Below are positions 25,837 through 38,200 of a stretch of 54,724 nt of DNA, in pieces. The notes under the pieces are model-generated. The model was not told the DNA's origin. It saw only the letters and a program-made list of their open reading frames with translations, and ran no database searches. The stretch's first letter is position 1. Each line of letters begins with the position of its first letter. The stretch is from Lama guanicoe (Eukaryota), in contig MU053448.1 in the NCBI GenBank assembly GCA_013239625.1, forward strand, positions 434,001 through 488,724, given 5' to 3'. The position numbers were made by a program, and so were the translations under genes.

Positions 25837-26098
25837 CGGGGGGACAAGCTGAGGTCTGGGGACAAATGCCACCTGCCACTTGTTGTGTCCTGCCCATGAG
25901 CTTAGACTGGGCTTTGCATTTTTTAATTATTAACAAAAATCAAAAGAGGAATAATTGTTTGACACATGAACATTGTATAAGTTTAAATTGCAGCAGCCAT
26001 AAATAAAGTTAGCTACTTTTCATGCAGCAGACCAAATGGCGTGCAAAGACTAAAATATTCACTGTCTGGCCCTTTGTGAAAAGGTTTGCCGACCCCTG
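25837..26098 (+). mobile_element. MER58B-like hAT-Charlie element
   Basis: Ends taaaatattcactgtctggccctttgtgaaaaggtttgccgacccctg (MER58 TIR). Confidence 0.75.
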
Positions 26099-26375
26099 GG
26101 CTCCCCCTTTAGGGCTTCTTAGGGCTTCTCCCCCTCACAGCACTGTCACTGTCTTTCAGTCCCTGACATGGAGTGGCAGAGTGGTATCACTGGATGTCAC
26201 TGGGGAATAATTACGATAGTTTTTTACTTTTGTAGTTTGAGCATTTGACAATGATATTTATGTTTCTTGAAGTAAAATATTCATATCCTTTACCTTCGTG
26301 CATATTTAAATGTTTCTTATTTTAAATTATATTTAATTATTATTTTTTTACAACGAATGATGTTTTTAAATATAG

Positions 26376-26509
26376 TTCCTAAGAAGCCAGAATCTACCGA
26401 TGATGAAGAAAAAATTGGAAATGGAGAGAGTGATTTAGAAGAAGCTTGCATTTTGCCTCACAGTCCTATAAATGTGGACAAAAGACCCATTGCAATTAAA
26501 TCACCCAAG
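26376..26509 (+). CDS. HERC2: HERC2 exon w15 (VPKKPESTDD...AIKSPK)
   Basis: atatag|TT...AAG|gtgaag; 134 nt. Confidence 0.95.
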
Positions 26510-27115
26510 GTGAAGTTACGTATTGTGATTCTAAGACTGAATAGAAACACAACACATTGAAAAGGAATCCACGTGTATTGTCGCTTTGTTCTTGAACATC
26601 TGCAGAGAGTATGGTGGGTCATTAGAAGCACGAGTGACTGTGCTGCAGTGACACTTAATGATGCTTAATGCACTTGACTTAAGCTGCCCTGGTCGACCCA
26701 TAGCCATAGAAGTGTTTCCTTCTACTGTTAGTAGTACATTGTGTCATTACTTGTTCATCATTCATTCATTCATTTATTCACTCATTCATTGAATGTATTT
26801 TTAGCTTCAGAAACTGACTTTGTCCCTGAAACTATTAAAATGGATGATAATTTAACTGTAAGCCAGGTTAGCCTGTTCCAATATATAAGTATATATATGT
26901 ATTAGCCTGTTTTATGTAAGTATAGAGATCGTAAATTCACTTATAAGCCTATTTATGACATAGTTATTTTTACCATAAATTAGTTATTAAATTTAAAATA
27001 TTTTACCAGTTTAAACCTACTGGCATGCATTTATCTTTCACTTGAGTAACTGTTTTAGAGCACACGTTAATGTAAATAGGGTTAACTAATGGTGACAGTG
27101 GTTTTCCTCTGTCAG

Positions 27116-27289
27116 GATAAGTGGCAGCCACTGTTGAGTACAGTCACCGGTGTTCACAAATACAAATGGTTGAAGCAGAACGTTCAGGGTCTGTATCCGC
27201 AGTCCGCACTCCTCAGCACAATCGCTGAATTTGCCCTCAAAGAAGAGCCAGTGGATGTGGAAAAAATGCGAAAGTGCCTACTAAAGCAG
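27116..27289 (+). CDS. HERC2: HERC2 exon w16 (DKWQPLLSTV...KCLLKQ)
   Basis: tgtcag|GAT...CAG|gtaaat; 174 nt. Confidence 0.95.
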
Positions 27290-27369
27290 GTAAATTTGCT
27301 AAGAACATTCTTCCCTGCATTGGATAATACGTACCACACCTAATGGTGGCATGCATTGATGTTTTGCAG

Positions 27370-27506
27370 TTGGAGAGAGCAGAGGTTCGCCTGGAAGGGA
27401 TAGATACGATTTTAAAACTGGCAGCCAAAAATTTCTTACTTCCATCTGTGCAATATGCTATGTTCTGTGGATGGCAGAGACTTATTCCTGAGGGGATTGA
27501 TACAGG
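27370..27506 (+). CDS. HERC2: HERC2 exon w17 (LERAEVRLEG...PEGIDT)
   Basis: ttgcag|TTG...ACAGG|gtaaaa; 137 nt. Confidence 0.94.
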
Positions 27507-27625
27507 GTAAAACTTTATAACATTTTTTTCTTGATTAAAGGGAGCTGTGGCAACAAAGCATTGTTCTGTTTTAAGTTGAAAGTCTGGCAGTATTCTAAGT
27601 AAAATTCTTCATCTTTATTTGAAAG

Positions 27626-27777
27626 GGAACCCCTTACTGATTGTTTAAAGGATGTTGATTTGATCCCACCTTTTAATCGGATGCTGCTTGAAGTAACTTT
27701 TGGCAAGCTGTATGCTTGGGCTGTTCAGAATATTCGAAATGTTTTGATGGATGCAAATGCCAAATTTAAAGAGCTTG
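27626..27777 (+). CDS. HERC2: HERC2 exon w18 (GEPLTDCLKD...AKFKEL)
   Basis: tgaaag|G...CTTG|gtgagt; 152 nt. Confidence 0.93.
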
Positions 27778-28443
27778 GTGAGTTAAAAATCTGATGGTTA
27801 AAAGGCTATATTAAAATTGCTTTTGGAGCAATGTCAGTGATCACGTCATCATTATTCATAGCTTGGCTCTTAATTATATGTTCTGGAAACTTGCAAGTGC
27901 TGATTTTTGCTTTGAAGACTTTAATAACTTTGTATATTAGAATGATCATCTAAACTGCTTTAAGCTTTTTCAAATTCTAAACAAAACCTTCCAAAATTTG
28001 GCAGAAGATGCAATCTTGTAGTACCCTAATACAAAGCATTTACATTTTAACATTTTTGTCTGTATTACTTACACCGTATATCCTAAAATGTGTATCCTGT
28101 ATTAATACTTAATTTCCTGGACAGTTCGAGCATCTACAGAGAAGTGGTAGGATTGGTTTTGTGGAAGAGAAATGAAATGTATCTCTTATATTGGACATGA
28201 AATGAGTAAGACACCAGGGCTGTTCAGAGGAGCAGTGTGAGTTTTGTAGGCAGATGGAGACAGATGTATGTGGAGTGATGGTGGTATAATGATCACAAAG
28301 CACTTCAGAGTGGCCCGATGTCCACACTCTATGGAAATCCACTGAAAAAGACAGAATTTTTTAAAAATTGCTAATACTTTCTGCATCATGTATGTTCTTA
28401 TATCCACGCATAAGAAATTTATGTAGGTACCAATGCTTTTTAG

Positions 28444-28635
28444 GTATCCAGCCTGTCCCCCTGCAAACCATTACCCATGAGAACCCATCAGGACCAAGCC
28501 TGGGAACCACCCCGCAAGCTCGCTTTCTCCTGGTGATGCTCAGCATGCTCACCCTGCGGCACGGCGCCCACAACCTGAGCCTCCTGCTGAACTCCGGCAT
28601 GCTCGCCCTCACTCAAACCGCGCTCCGGCTCATCG
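28444..28635 (+). CDS. HERC2: HERC2 exon w19 (GIQPVPLQTI...TALRLI)
   Basis: ttttag|GT...ATCG|gtgggt; 192 nt. Confidence 0.95.
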
Positions 28636-29721
28636 GTGGGTTGGCAATCCCTAAGTCCTTCTTGGAAACGCTAAGGTTTTGCCTCAATGTCTCTCTTTTT
28701 TTTAATAAACTTTTAAGAAATTGTGGTAAAACACAAATAACATAGATTTACCATTTTAGCCACTTGAAGTTTATAGTTTGTTGTCAGTAAGCACATCCAT
28801 AGCCTGGTGCAAACATTACCGCTGTCTGGTTTTGTTACTTTCTCATCACCCGAGATGCAAACCCTTATCCGTCTAGCAGTGACTGCTGAGTTCCCACTCC
28901 CCCAGCTGCTGGCAACAACAAACCTGCTTTCTGTCTCTGTGGACTTGCCTGTTCTGGATATTTCATATCGATGAAATCATAAGGTTTTAGCCTTTTGTAT
29001 CATACTGGCTTACTTCATTTAGCATGTATCAGTATTTCATTTCTTTTGATGGCTAAAAAATATTTTATTGTATGAATATACTACATCTTATTTATCCATT
29101 CATCCACTGATGGACATTTGGCTTTTATCTGCCTCTTGGCCATGGTGGGTAGTATTGCTAGGAACACTTATGTACAAGTTTTTGCTTGCACACGTGTGTC
29201 CAGTTCTTTCATTACATACCTAAGCCTGGAGTTGCAGGCTCACGTGGTGATGTGTTTGGCTTGCTGAGGAACAGCCAGACTGTGCCACAGCCCTACAGCA
29301 CGTCACATTCCTGGCAGGAGTGGACCAGGGGGTCTAGCTTTCCTGTGTCCTTGCCGACACTAGTTACTACCTGTCTTGTTTTGGTTTTGGGTTAAGGCCA
29401 CCCTAGTTGGTGTGAAGTGTACTTCAGTGTGGTTTGTTCCATGCTCGCTGATGCTGAGTGATGCTGAGCCTCTTTATACATGCTTGTTGGCCATTTGTAT
29501 GTCTCATTGGCCATTTATATGTCTGTCTATTCAAATCCTTTGCCCATTTTTAAATTGGGTTGTTTGTATTGTTGAGTTATAGGGACCTTTTACGTATTCT
29601 GGATACTAGACTGTTACCAATTGTATGGTTTGAAGATATTTTTTCCCACTCTGGGTTTCATTTTACTTTGATCCATAGAAGGTTTAAATTTTGATTAAGT
29701 CCAATTTATCTATTTTTCTTT

Positions 29722-29836
29722 GTTTTTGGGGGGTGTATTATTTTTATTTTTTATTTAATAGAGGTCCTGGGGATTGAACCCATGACCTCGTGCATGCTAA
29801 GCATGTGCTCCACCGCTGAGCTGTGTACCCTCCCCC
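29722..29836 (-). mobile_element. tRNA-derived SINE (vic-1-like) nested in L1
   Basis: gaggtcctggggattgaaccc...gcatgctaagcatgtgctccaccgctgagctg. Confidence 0.88.
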
Positions 29837-30620
29837 ACTATGTCTTTCTTTTGTTGCTAGTGCTTTTGATGCCATGTCCAAGAAACCATTGCCAAATCCA
29901 AGGTCTTGAGGATTACCCATAATGTTTTCTCCTTTAAGTCTTAAATTCATGTCTTTGATGCCTTTTAAGGAAAAGTTTTTTTAATATGGTGTGAGATAAG
30001 GGTTCCCTTTATTTCTTTTGGCTATCCAGTTGTTCCAATACCATTTGTTGAAAAGCCTCTTATTTTCTCAAGTTCTTAACACCTTTGTCAAAAAATCATT
30101 TGACTGTAGATGTTTAAGTTTATTTCTGGACTCTCACTTCTGTTCTCTTGGTCTGTGTATCTGTCATTATGCCAGTACCACATTGTATTGAACACTGTTG
30201 CTTTGTGGTGAGTTTTGAAATCAGTAAGTGAATCCTTCAACTTTGTTTCTCTTTCTCAAGATTATTTCGGTTATTTTGGGTCCTTTACATTTCCATATGA
30301 ATTTCAGGGCTGGTTCTCACATGTCTGCAAAAAAGGCTACTGGGATTTTCTAGGGATTGTATTGAATCTATAGATCATGTTGGGGAATATTGCCATTTTA
30401 ACAATATTGTCTTTCATTCCATGAACATGGGATAGCTTTGTAACTGTTGAGGTCTTCTTTCATTTCTTTGAGCAATGTTACAGTTTTATTGTTATCAAGG
30501 TAATGCTGGCCTCATGGAGTGAGTTGGGAAGTTGTTCCCTCCTGTCTTTGGAAAAGTTAGAGAATTGGTGTTAATTCTTTAAATGTTTGGTAGAATTCAC
30601 CAGTTAAGCCATCTGGTCCT

Positions 30621-30660
30621 GGGGAGGGGGGGGTGGTGGTGGTGGTGGTGGTGGTGGTTG
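30621..30660. repeat. G-run plus (GGT)n microsatellite
   Basis: ggggagggggggg tggtggtggtggtggtggtggtgg. Confidence 0.85.
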
Positions 30661-32188
30661 TTGAGGGGTTTTTAATTGCTGATTCAGTCTTTTTACTTAA
30701 AGGTCTATTCACATTTTCTCTGTTCTTGAGTCAGTTCAGGTAATTTGTGTGTTTCTAGGAATTTATCCGTTTCATCTGGGTTAGCTAATTTGTTGATGTT
30801 CATAGTACTCTCATAATTCTTTTTTTTTTTTCCTATAGAACCAGTAGCAGTGTCTCCAGTTTTCATTTCTGGTTTTAGTTATTTGCATCTTTTTTCTTAG
30901 TTAATCTACCTAAAAGTTTGTCAATTTTGCTGATATTTTTCAAAGACCAACTTTTGGTTTTATTGATTCTATTTTTCTATTTTCTATTTATCTCTGCTCT
31001 AATTGTTGTTATTTCCTTCTTTCTGCTAACTTTGGGTTTACTTTTTTCTTACTTTTCTAGTTCTTCCAGGTGTAAAGTTTCTGATTTGAGATCTTCTTTT
31101 TTTAATGTACACTTCTGTAGATAGAAATTTCCCCCTTAGCACTGCTTTTGCTGCATCTCATGAGTTTGAGTATGTTGTGTTTTTGTTTTCATTTGTCTCA
31201 AAGTATTCATTTCTCTTGTGATTTTTCTTTCTTTAGCTGATTGTGTGTGGGGTTAATTTCCACATACTGTGAATTTTCCAGTTTTCTTTCTGTTATTAAT
31301 TTCTAGTTTCATTTCACTGTGATTGGAGAAGATAATTTGTATGATCTTATTCTGTGTTATTTATTGAGACTTGTTTTGTGGCCCAGCATACAGTCTTTCC
31401 TAGAGTGTTCCCTGTGTCTTTGAGAAGAGTGGGTGTTCTCTTTTTGCGTAGTGTGTCTCTACATGTCTGTTAGATCTGATTGCTTTATAATGTTGTTCTT
31501 TGCCTGAAATTTTGAGGTACTGCAGGGCCAGCGTTCCAAGTCCAAATCAGAGAGCAAGACTTTCCTAAGCGCTTCAATTTTATCAGTCTTTGTGCCCACA
31601 TGACCCCTTCAGAAATACGCGTCACCCTCTGTGAGTTAGCAACTAAACTCATTAGCAACTAAAAATGGCTTTAAAAAGTCTTAAAAGTATATTTCCTTCT
31701 AGAAAATGAGTTTCTTTTTATGTTGTCTCTCTTTTTTCCAGAGGCTCCAATAGGTAGAAATTATAGCACACATCATTGATTATGGGGGCTTCCTCTGTTA
31801 ATGGTACTCAAGAGTTTAAATTCCAACCCACCTACTGGCTGCAAAAAGCAAGAGAGTTGTGTCCAGTGAATACATGTATTTGTCATTTTTCCCTGATCAG
31901 GGTAGTTTCTCTTTTGTATAAGAGATGATAAGCACATAATATTTTATATTGATTTTTATGTATACATCCACATATAATAGCCACAAAATACAAAGCCACT
32001 TAAATAAAGGATCCTCCTTTTTTCTTATTGTAGAATGTGTTCAAACCCTTAGCAGGAGATTCAGCAGTTTCAGGGTTAACAGTACAGCTGCCACCCATCC
32101 CTGTCCTGGGGCCTCACAGGGACACTGTCAGGCTGAAGAAAAGATTGTTTTCCTCCAGTTTATCTAAAGCTTTACTCCAGCCCTGGGA

Positions 32189-32286
32189 TTTTTTAAAATG
32201 TAATTTGTTTACTTTTTAATGGAGGTACTGGGGATTGAACCCAGGACCTCCTGCACACGCTCTACCACTGAGCTGTACCCTCCCCC
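32189..32286 (-). mobile_element. tRNA-derived SINE (vic-1-like) with small internal deletion
   Basis: TSD ccagccctggga (32177-32188 / 32288-32299); lacks the atgctaagc segment. Confidence 0.88.
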
Positions 32287-32659
32287 GCCAGCCCTGGGAA
32301 TTGAATAACCTTTTTTTCCTCCCTCTTGGAGGAGAGAGGAACACAAACTTTTTACATTTCTGACCCACCCAGGTCCATCTTTGGGAATGTTGGGGCGCTT
32401 TCCTCCCACCTGGTGGGAGAAGGAAGACCACGGGGTCTCCAGGGATGGGCTTTCCCCTCACTTAGGCCAGCAGGCCAGCTCATGGGGTTGAATTTACTGC
32501 TTTCAAATGTATTGGCAAATTTTACTTCTCACAACTGACAGCTTAGCTTCCGTTTTACACGGTGGGTGTTGCGTGGCCACCAGGGACCAGATTCATCATG
32601 TCCCATCCCTTCATTCTTCCTTTTACTGAACAATGCTTTTGCGATACTTGACTGAGTCA

Positions 32660-33195
32660 GGGCTGTTCTAGAGAACCCCAGCGCTGCCCTCCCTGTTCCT
32701 GAGAGCGCTCCCAGGTCCAGTGATCTGCTAACAACTCTCACAGTCATCCTCAGAGCTAAAATTTATTACAGTGAATGAAGACAGGAAAATCAGCAAAGTG
32801 CAAAGGCTGGGGAAGCCAGATGGAAGTCCTCTCCCAGTGGAGACATACAGGATGCGCTTTGTTCCCCCAGCAAGGCGCTGTGAGCACACATGTGAAGTGT
32901 TGTCTTCACACGCAAAGTGTGGAGACGGTGCCCTGGGCTTTCCCTGAGGCAAGTCATGTAGGCACGTCTGTCTGGCGCTCAGGTAGGTTCCAGGCCCCGG
33001 AAGGAAGCAGGTTTCAGCAGACACCATGTGGTCTGTGCAGACAGTCGAGGCCCAGGAACGAATTCTTGGCGGTTAGGGGATGGTGGGAGCCCTGGCAAAA
33101 TCCAGGTTCTCAGAGGCCAGCCGAGGGCAGCCTTGCAAGCAGGCCTTTGCAAGGACAGCAGCCTCGGGCCAGCTCTGTTAGCTTGTCTGTTTCCA
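32660..33195. mobile_element. MER21-like ERVL LTR
   Basis: cagtcatcctcagagctaaaatttattacagtgaa...cctctcccagtggag...ccttgcaagcaggccttt. Confidence 0.65.
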
Positions 33196-33295
33196 GTACT
33201 ATAATTAAAGCTGGTTCATGTCTCACTGTTTGACAGCTAGATGGTTATCTTTTGTTTTTTCTATTGTAATAAAAATACGTGATGCATGTTTTTCT

Positions 33296-33446
33296 TTTTT
33301 TTAATATTTATGTGTGTATTTATTATTTTTTGCAGGGAGGAGGTAATTAGGTTTATTTATTTCTTTATTTTAATGGAGGTACCAGGGGTTGAGCCCATTA
33401 CCTCCTGTTTGCTAAGTGCACACTGCCACTGAGCTACACCCTCCCC
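33296..33446 (-). mobile_element. tRNA-derived SINE (vic-1-like), long form, diverged
   Basis: TSD atgcatgtttttct (33282-33295) / atgcatgtgtttct (33451-33464). Confidence 0.85.
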
Positions 33447-33777
33447 TCTAATGCATGTGTTTCTAACTTAAATCATTTTGCTTTTTGGAGCAGGGCATAA
33501 TCCCTAGAAGAGAGTAAATGCTTTTCTGAGTATTTTTGTATCTTTTACATCTTCTGATAATGTATTTAGATATTTAGGTATTTTGTCCTCCCCTTGCCTT
33601 TTCCAAAATTCTGATCATCAGTTTTTTATAGTATTTGTTGTACTGATTTAAAAAATACACTATGGATTCTTTAAAGTTATTATCTTCATTAATACTTAAT
33701 AATTATTTAAAAATATATTAAGAGTAGGAAACTGTGACTCCTGATTGGCTCACCTGCTGTGTTTGGTGCTCCGATAG

Positions 33778-33965
33778 GCCCCAGCTGTGATAATGTTGAA
33801 GAAGCGATGAATGCTTCTGCCCGAGGGGCTTCCGCTACAGTTCTGGAAGAGACTCGGAAGGAAACAGCCCCGGTGCAGCTCCCGGTTTCCGGCCCGGAGC
33901 TGGCTGCTATGATGAAGATCGGAACCAGGGTCATGAGAGGCGTGGACTGGAAATGGGGCGATCAG
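33778..33965 (+). CDS. HERC2: HERC2 exon w20, start of MIB-HERC2 domain ([10 protein letters not shown]...[15 protein letters not shown])
   Basis: cgatag|GC...CAG|gtgctt; 188 nt; MIB-HERC2 signature RVxRGxDWKWGDQD. Confidence 0.95.
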
Positions 33966-34886
33966 GTGCTTAGAGATTTGACCAAAACACGTTAGCTGCA
34001 CGTTAGTCACATTCTGCGCATCCTGGCTGGGTGGAACCTGGGTCAGTACCTACATTCTCTCAGGACACGTGCGACTGACCCATGACAAAGTACCGATCCC
34101 CAGGCAGGTGACTAGAGGCTCAAAACAAGGAGGGAGTAGCAGCGGCCGGTCATGGGGCCCCAATCAGGATCAGGTCTGTGAGGGGTGGGGACTGTTTTCA
34201 GAAGACTCCTGGCATGGGCTCAACTAGGGTTGCAGCCTGAAACGAGAGAGTGAGCAGGAGAGAGTACACTTCATCTGAATAATCGGGTCGAGAGAGCTCT
34301 GGTGCGGTCTCTGCGAGCTGATGGCCATGTGCCTGTTAGCATTCTGACCCGGCAGCCACAGGTGCGGTCTTGGACGGGGCCCACCTTTTGTCTTCTCCCC
34401 CCGAGCTCCTTCCTCCTGCAACTCTGTGGGGTCTCCCCGGGTGGAGGTCAGGGGCTGGGCCCTGCACCACTGCCCTGGCCACTGGCTCAGGACCGCGTTC
34501 ACCCTCCTGTGTTGTGGAGCCGCCTTCTCATGTCCTGGTGTTCTCAGCCTCACTCTTAAGCACACACCTACTGAGAATCATCTCAAAATCAGTGTCCAGA
34601 ACAGGCAACAGCATCCTAAAAACAGCTCTTAACTCATAGAAATGGGAGGTGGAGGTTCACTCTAGGGTCAGAGAAAACCTGAAGAATGAGCGGGAATGAG
34701 GCGGTGCTGGTGCTTGTTTGAGGTTCTGACCTCGTGAAGCCCTAGGAGGGATCAAGGGGCCAAGGAGCAGGGTGGCAGGACCAGGCTGGAAAGTCTCATC
34801 TCTGCATTGGCTTAGAGAGGATGCCGATTGAGGTGACACCCTCCCTAGCTACCTCTTCGGTAAAGGAGTGCGGGCAGGTTAGCCCT

Positions 34887-35006
34887 GGTGTTCACTGTGT
34901 GGTGATGGTGTGAGCTGTGTGGTGATGGCGTGAGCTGCGTGGTGACGGTGTTCGCTGTGCGGTGATGGTGTTCGCTGTGCAGTGATGGTGTGAGCTGCGC
35001 GGTGAC
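34887..35006. repeat. 20-bp minisatellite, 6 units
   Basis: Consensus ggtgt(tcr/gag)ctgygyggtgay repeated six times. Confidence 0.9.
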
Positions 35007-35152
35007 GGCAAGAGTTGTGCGTGTTGTAGCGGGTCTGGAGCCCTCTGTAGACGTGCAGCCTGTGCCCAGTGCTGCAGCCACCCTTACAGCTCGTGTTCAT
35101 GTGACAGACTGGCCCGCACCCTCTTAACCAGTATCTGTTTCGGCTTCCCCAG

Positions 35153-35345
35153 GACGGACCTCCTCCTGGCCTCGGCCGTGTAATCGGTGAACTTGGAGAG
35201 GACGGGTGGATCAGGGTCCAGTGGGACACGGGCAGCACCAACTCGTACAGGATGGGGAAGGAGGGGAAGTATGACCTGAAGCTGGCGGAGCTGCCGGCCT
35301 CCACGCAGCCCTCTGCAGAGGACTCGGACACAGAGGACGACTCCG
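35153..35345 (+). CDS. HERC2: HERC2 exon w21, MIB-HERC2 domain ([10 protein letters not shown]...[19 protein letters not shown]...DTEDDS)
   Basis: ccccag|GAC...TCCG|gtgggt; 193 nt. Confidence 0.95.
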
Positions 35346-36633
35346 GTGGGTGCCGGGGAGCTGGCCTGACAAGCTGTGGGCACATGTTGGCTGGCCATCC
35401 TTTCATCTGGGAGTGAGAGCAGCTGTGTAGGCCAGGCTTCCCCGGAAGGTCAGGTTTAAACAGGCCCCAGGTGATTCTGCTGGACTTGACTCCTGTTTTC
35501 CTTGGAGACAGTGCGGTGGGAAACAGAGGGCAGGGCTGGCTGGGTCCTCGCCGCTGGTGGGCTTTCTGGGGGCCCTGAGCTGGTGTCTGAAGTAGTGAGC
35601 CAGTGCCTGGAGGAGTGGGTGTTACCTTGCCACGCCAGAGCACTGTTGCTTCCTTCTGTCACCTTCCCCCCGATGTCCTACTCTCAGGCACGCAGTGTGG
35701 AGTAGTTAGTCTGTACTTTGCTGCCTTAGGGAAAGTGGAGGTGGGAATTCAGTGACCTCAGAAGGTTAAGGAGATGCAGGGTGTGGGAGGAGGGCTTCAT
35801 GACTTTTTCAGACCTTGGGATGTTGAGATCTTGGTGAGACTGTCCAGGAGGCCAACAGTTTTTCTTGGGGCTCCAGTGTCAGCTGTATGCACAGCATGCG
35901 CAGGTTTCCAAAATCACTTTTATGGTTAGGAGAGGAAACCCAAGAGGCTGAGCTCATCAGAGAAAGAGTGTTGTGGAAGGTGTCAGGGGCAGTGCTCCGT
36001 GCCCACCCCGTGTGCGTGTCACTCTGTGCGTCAGATGTACACGGATGACGTTTGCCTGGGGCGGGTTAGGAGTAGTGTGTGTGACGCCACGTGGCCCCGC
36101 CTGGGTGGTCAGTGCTGGTTATGTTATCATTGCATCTGACAGTGTCCTGGTCAAGTGCGCCTCCTCCCAGCTCTCTGCCAGGGGGCTTCAATCAGGAAGT
36201 CAGGGCCTGAGCAGGGCTGGAAGGTGGCCTGCACATGTGTGCCCCTAGCTCCCCGTCCACGGAGGCAGCCACTTTATCTTCGTCCAGTGCACAGCCAGCT
36301 TGTTAGCAACCAGCTTTCAACATTTGATAAGTTGTTTTTCTGAGAGGTGAGTCTTTGTAATCATTTTAGTTCTTTGAGCTGTATGCTGAGATTGCTTTTA
36401 AAAAAAAACACCTAACGTAATTTAAAAGGCTTGTTTCCTTTGAAGAAGGTAGGGATGGAGCTGATTAGGGTATTTATTTAGTGGGCCTTGAATTCCATCT
36501 TTAAATGTAAAGAGCTGCTTCCCTGTCCGAAGTAAGAACAGAAGAATGTGATATTAAATCCCTTAAGTTACACGTGGAGACACTTTCCCATTTATTTGGG
36601 AGTATAGTTTCTAATTCTGATTGTTCTTTTCAG

Positions 36634-36816
36634 AAGCTGAACAAATTGAAAGGAATATTCACCCCACTGCAATGATGCTCACCAGCACTGTTAATTTACT
36701 GCAAACTCTCTGTCTGTCTGCTGGAGTCCATGCTGAAGTCATGCAGAGTGAAGCCACGAAGACTCTGTGCGGACTGCTGCGCATGTTGGTGGAGAGTGGA
36801 ACGACAGACAAGACAT
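36634..36816 (+). CDS. HERC2: HERC2 exon w22 (EAEQIERNIH...GTTDKT)
   Basis: tttcag|AA...ACAT|gtatgc; 183 nt. Confidence 0.94.
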
Positions 36817-36889
36817 GTATGCGGGGAGTACTGTGGGCCACTGAGTCAGAACCAGGCTGTGAGGCTGTCATGTGTGAGTGGGTGCGTGT

Positions 36890-37144
36890 GTCCGTGTCCT
36901 CCCAGGCTTCCTTGGCTTGTGGCCACAGCATTCCAGTCTCTGCCTCATCTTCGCTTGGATTCCTCCTCTGTCCTTTTCTGCCTCTTCTAAGGGCTTTCAT
37001 TGGATTTAGGGTTCATCCTAATGCAGTATAATGTCATCTCAATCCTTACTTTCATTATACATGTGGAGAGTTCATTTCCAAATAAGGTCACAGCTGAGAT
37101 TCTGGGTGAACATGACTTTTGGGGGGATACAGTTCAACCCACTG
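36890..37144 (-). mobile_element. MaLR LTR (MLT1-like)
   Basis: ccttggcttgtggcc...tccagtctctgcctc...cattggatttaggg...tttccaaataaggtcaca...ttttggggggatacagttcaaccc. Confidence 0.8.
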
Positions 37145-37204
37145 AAGTGTTTGAGTATGTGGATATGAGGGTGATAAGCGTGGAGAGGTTGAAGTGAGGG
37201 CAGC

Positions 37205-37390
37205 GAGTGTGTGTGTGTATGTGTGCAGGCTTGAGGGCGTGTGTGAATTTGTGCACGTGAGTGTGAGTTTGTGAGAGTGAGACTGCGTATGTGTGCGTGA
37301 AGTGAACAAGTGAATGTGAATGAGCAGGTGTATGTGTGATTGTGCTGGGGTGTGAGTGTCCCCAGCACATGAGTGTTAGAGTGAGCATGG
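37205..37390. repeat. Degenerate (TG)n-rich low-complexity tract
   Basis: gtgtgtgtgtgtatgtgtgc...gtgtgagtttgtgagagtgag. Confidence 0.75.
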
Positions 37391-37881
37391 GTCTGAAGGG
37401 CAGTGTCCCTGGAAGCCGGGAGAGCAGGAGGGCTGTTCCCTGGGAGCTGGGGAAGAGGGGCTGGTCCAGGGGTCTGAGCAGGTCATGGGATGCCGCCCCG
37501 CCCCAGGGCTGCTGCCAGCCAGGAGAGAGCAGAAGCCCCAGGTACCCGAGTGGGAACCCAGGAGGAGCAGACAGGGTCATGGTCAGGTCAGAGTCAAATT
37601 GGATAAACCTCATGAAAACCGCTTACTCTCATTCTGCTATTGCAGACTTCTTAAACTTGGGCTGGGAATTTAGGACAGAGATTAAATATAAATGAGCTCA
37701 TGGTGGGTGTTTAAAACATGTGAGATTTTTTAAAAAATAGGCTGTTCCCTCACAGAGAGCTGCTGTTGGAATTGTGAGTTGTCTCCCTACTGCCCAGGGA
37801 GGGTGAGTGGATGAAATTCCTTAAGGAGTTTGAGTTGCTACACATGCTTTAGATTTTTAACATGTAAAGTGTCCCTTGAGT

Positions 37882-38019
37882 GGGGAGGGTAGAGCTCAGT
37901 GGTAGAGTGGGTGCCTAGCATGCACAAAGTCCAGGGTTTAATCCCCAGTGCCTTCATATTTTTATTTTATATATCAACGTAATTACTTCCCCTCACACAA
38001 AAAAACAAAAAGACAAAAG
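37882..38019 (+). mobile_element. tRNA-Ala-derived SINE (vic-1-like), the only sense-oriented copy
   Basis: ggggagggtagagctcagtggtagag...ctagcatgcacaaagtccagggtttaatccccag...taattacttcccc plus A-rich tail. Confidence 0.88.
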
Positions 38020-38200
38020 AAAGTCCTTTGAGCTGATTTGAAAGTCTCCTGTTCCTCTCCCACTGAGTCAGTGAAATTGTAACATAGCTGTGAAGTAGTT
38101 TCTCCTTGGTAATGTGATGGAGGTCAATTAAAAGTAAAGGTTGTACCGAGTGCTTCTTTATAGAAAGTGGGTGCCAAGCGGCTCTGTCTGGCTCCAGCAG

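Larger units (their letters stand above)
28700..31500 (-). mobile_element. L1MB-like element (3' UTR plus ORF2 pieces, internal deletion near 30480), carrying a nested SINE and a (GGT)n tract
   Basis: ttgtggtaaaacacaaataacatagatttaccatttt 3' end; ORF2 motifs ccattgccaaatccaaggtc, attgaatctatagatc, tagaattcaccagttaagccatctggtcctgg. Confidence 0.8.

Noticed and set aside
31636..31663. ttagcaactaaa direct repeat as an RFX-like site pair
   Set aside because: Short 12-bp local duplication without a full X-box or other supporting context.
34887..35006. CRISPR-like array
   Set aside because: Head-to-tail units with no unique spacers, in a mammalian intron; it is a minisatellite.
34879..35643. 254-aa antisense ORF as a novel gene
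   Set aside because: Explained by the stop-poor antisense of GC-rich exon w21 plus the 20-bp minisatellite; no recognisable domain.
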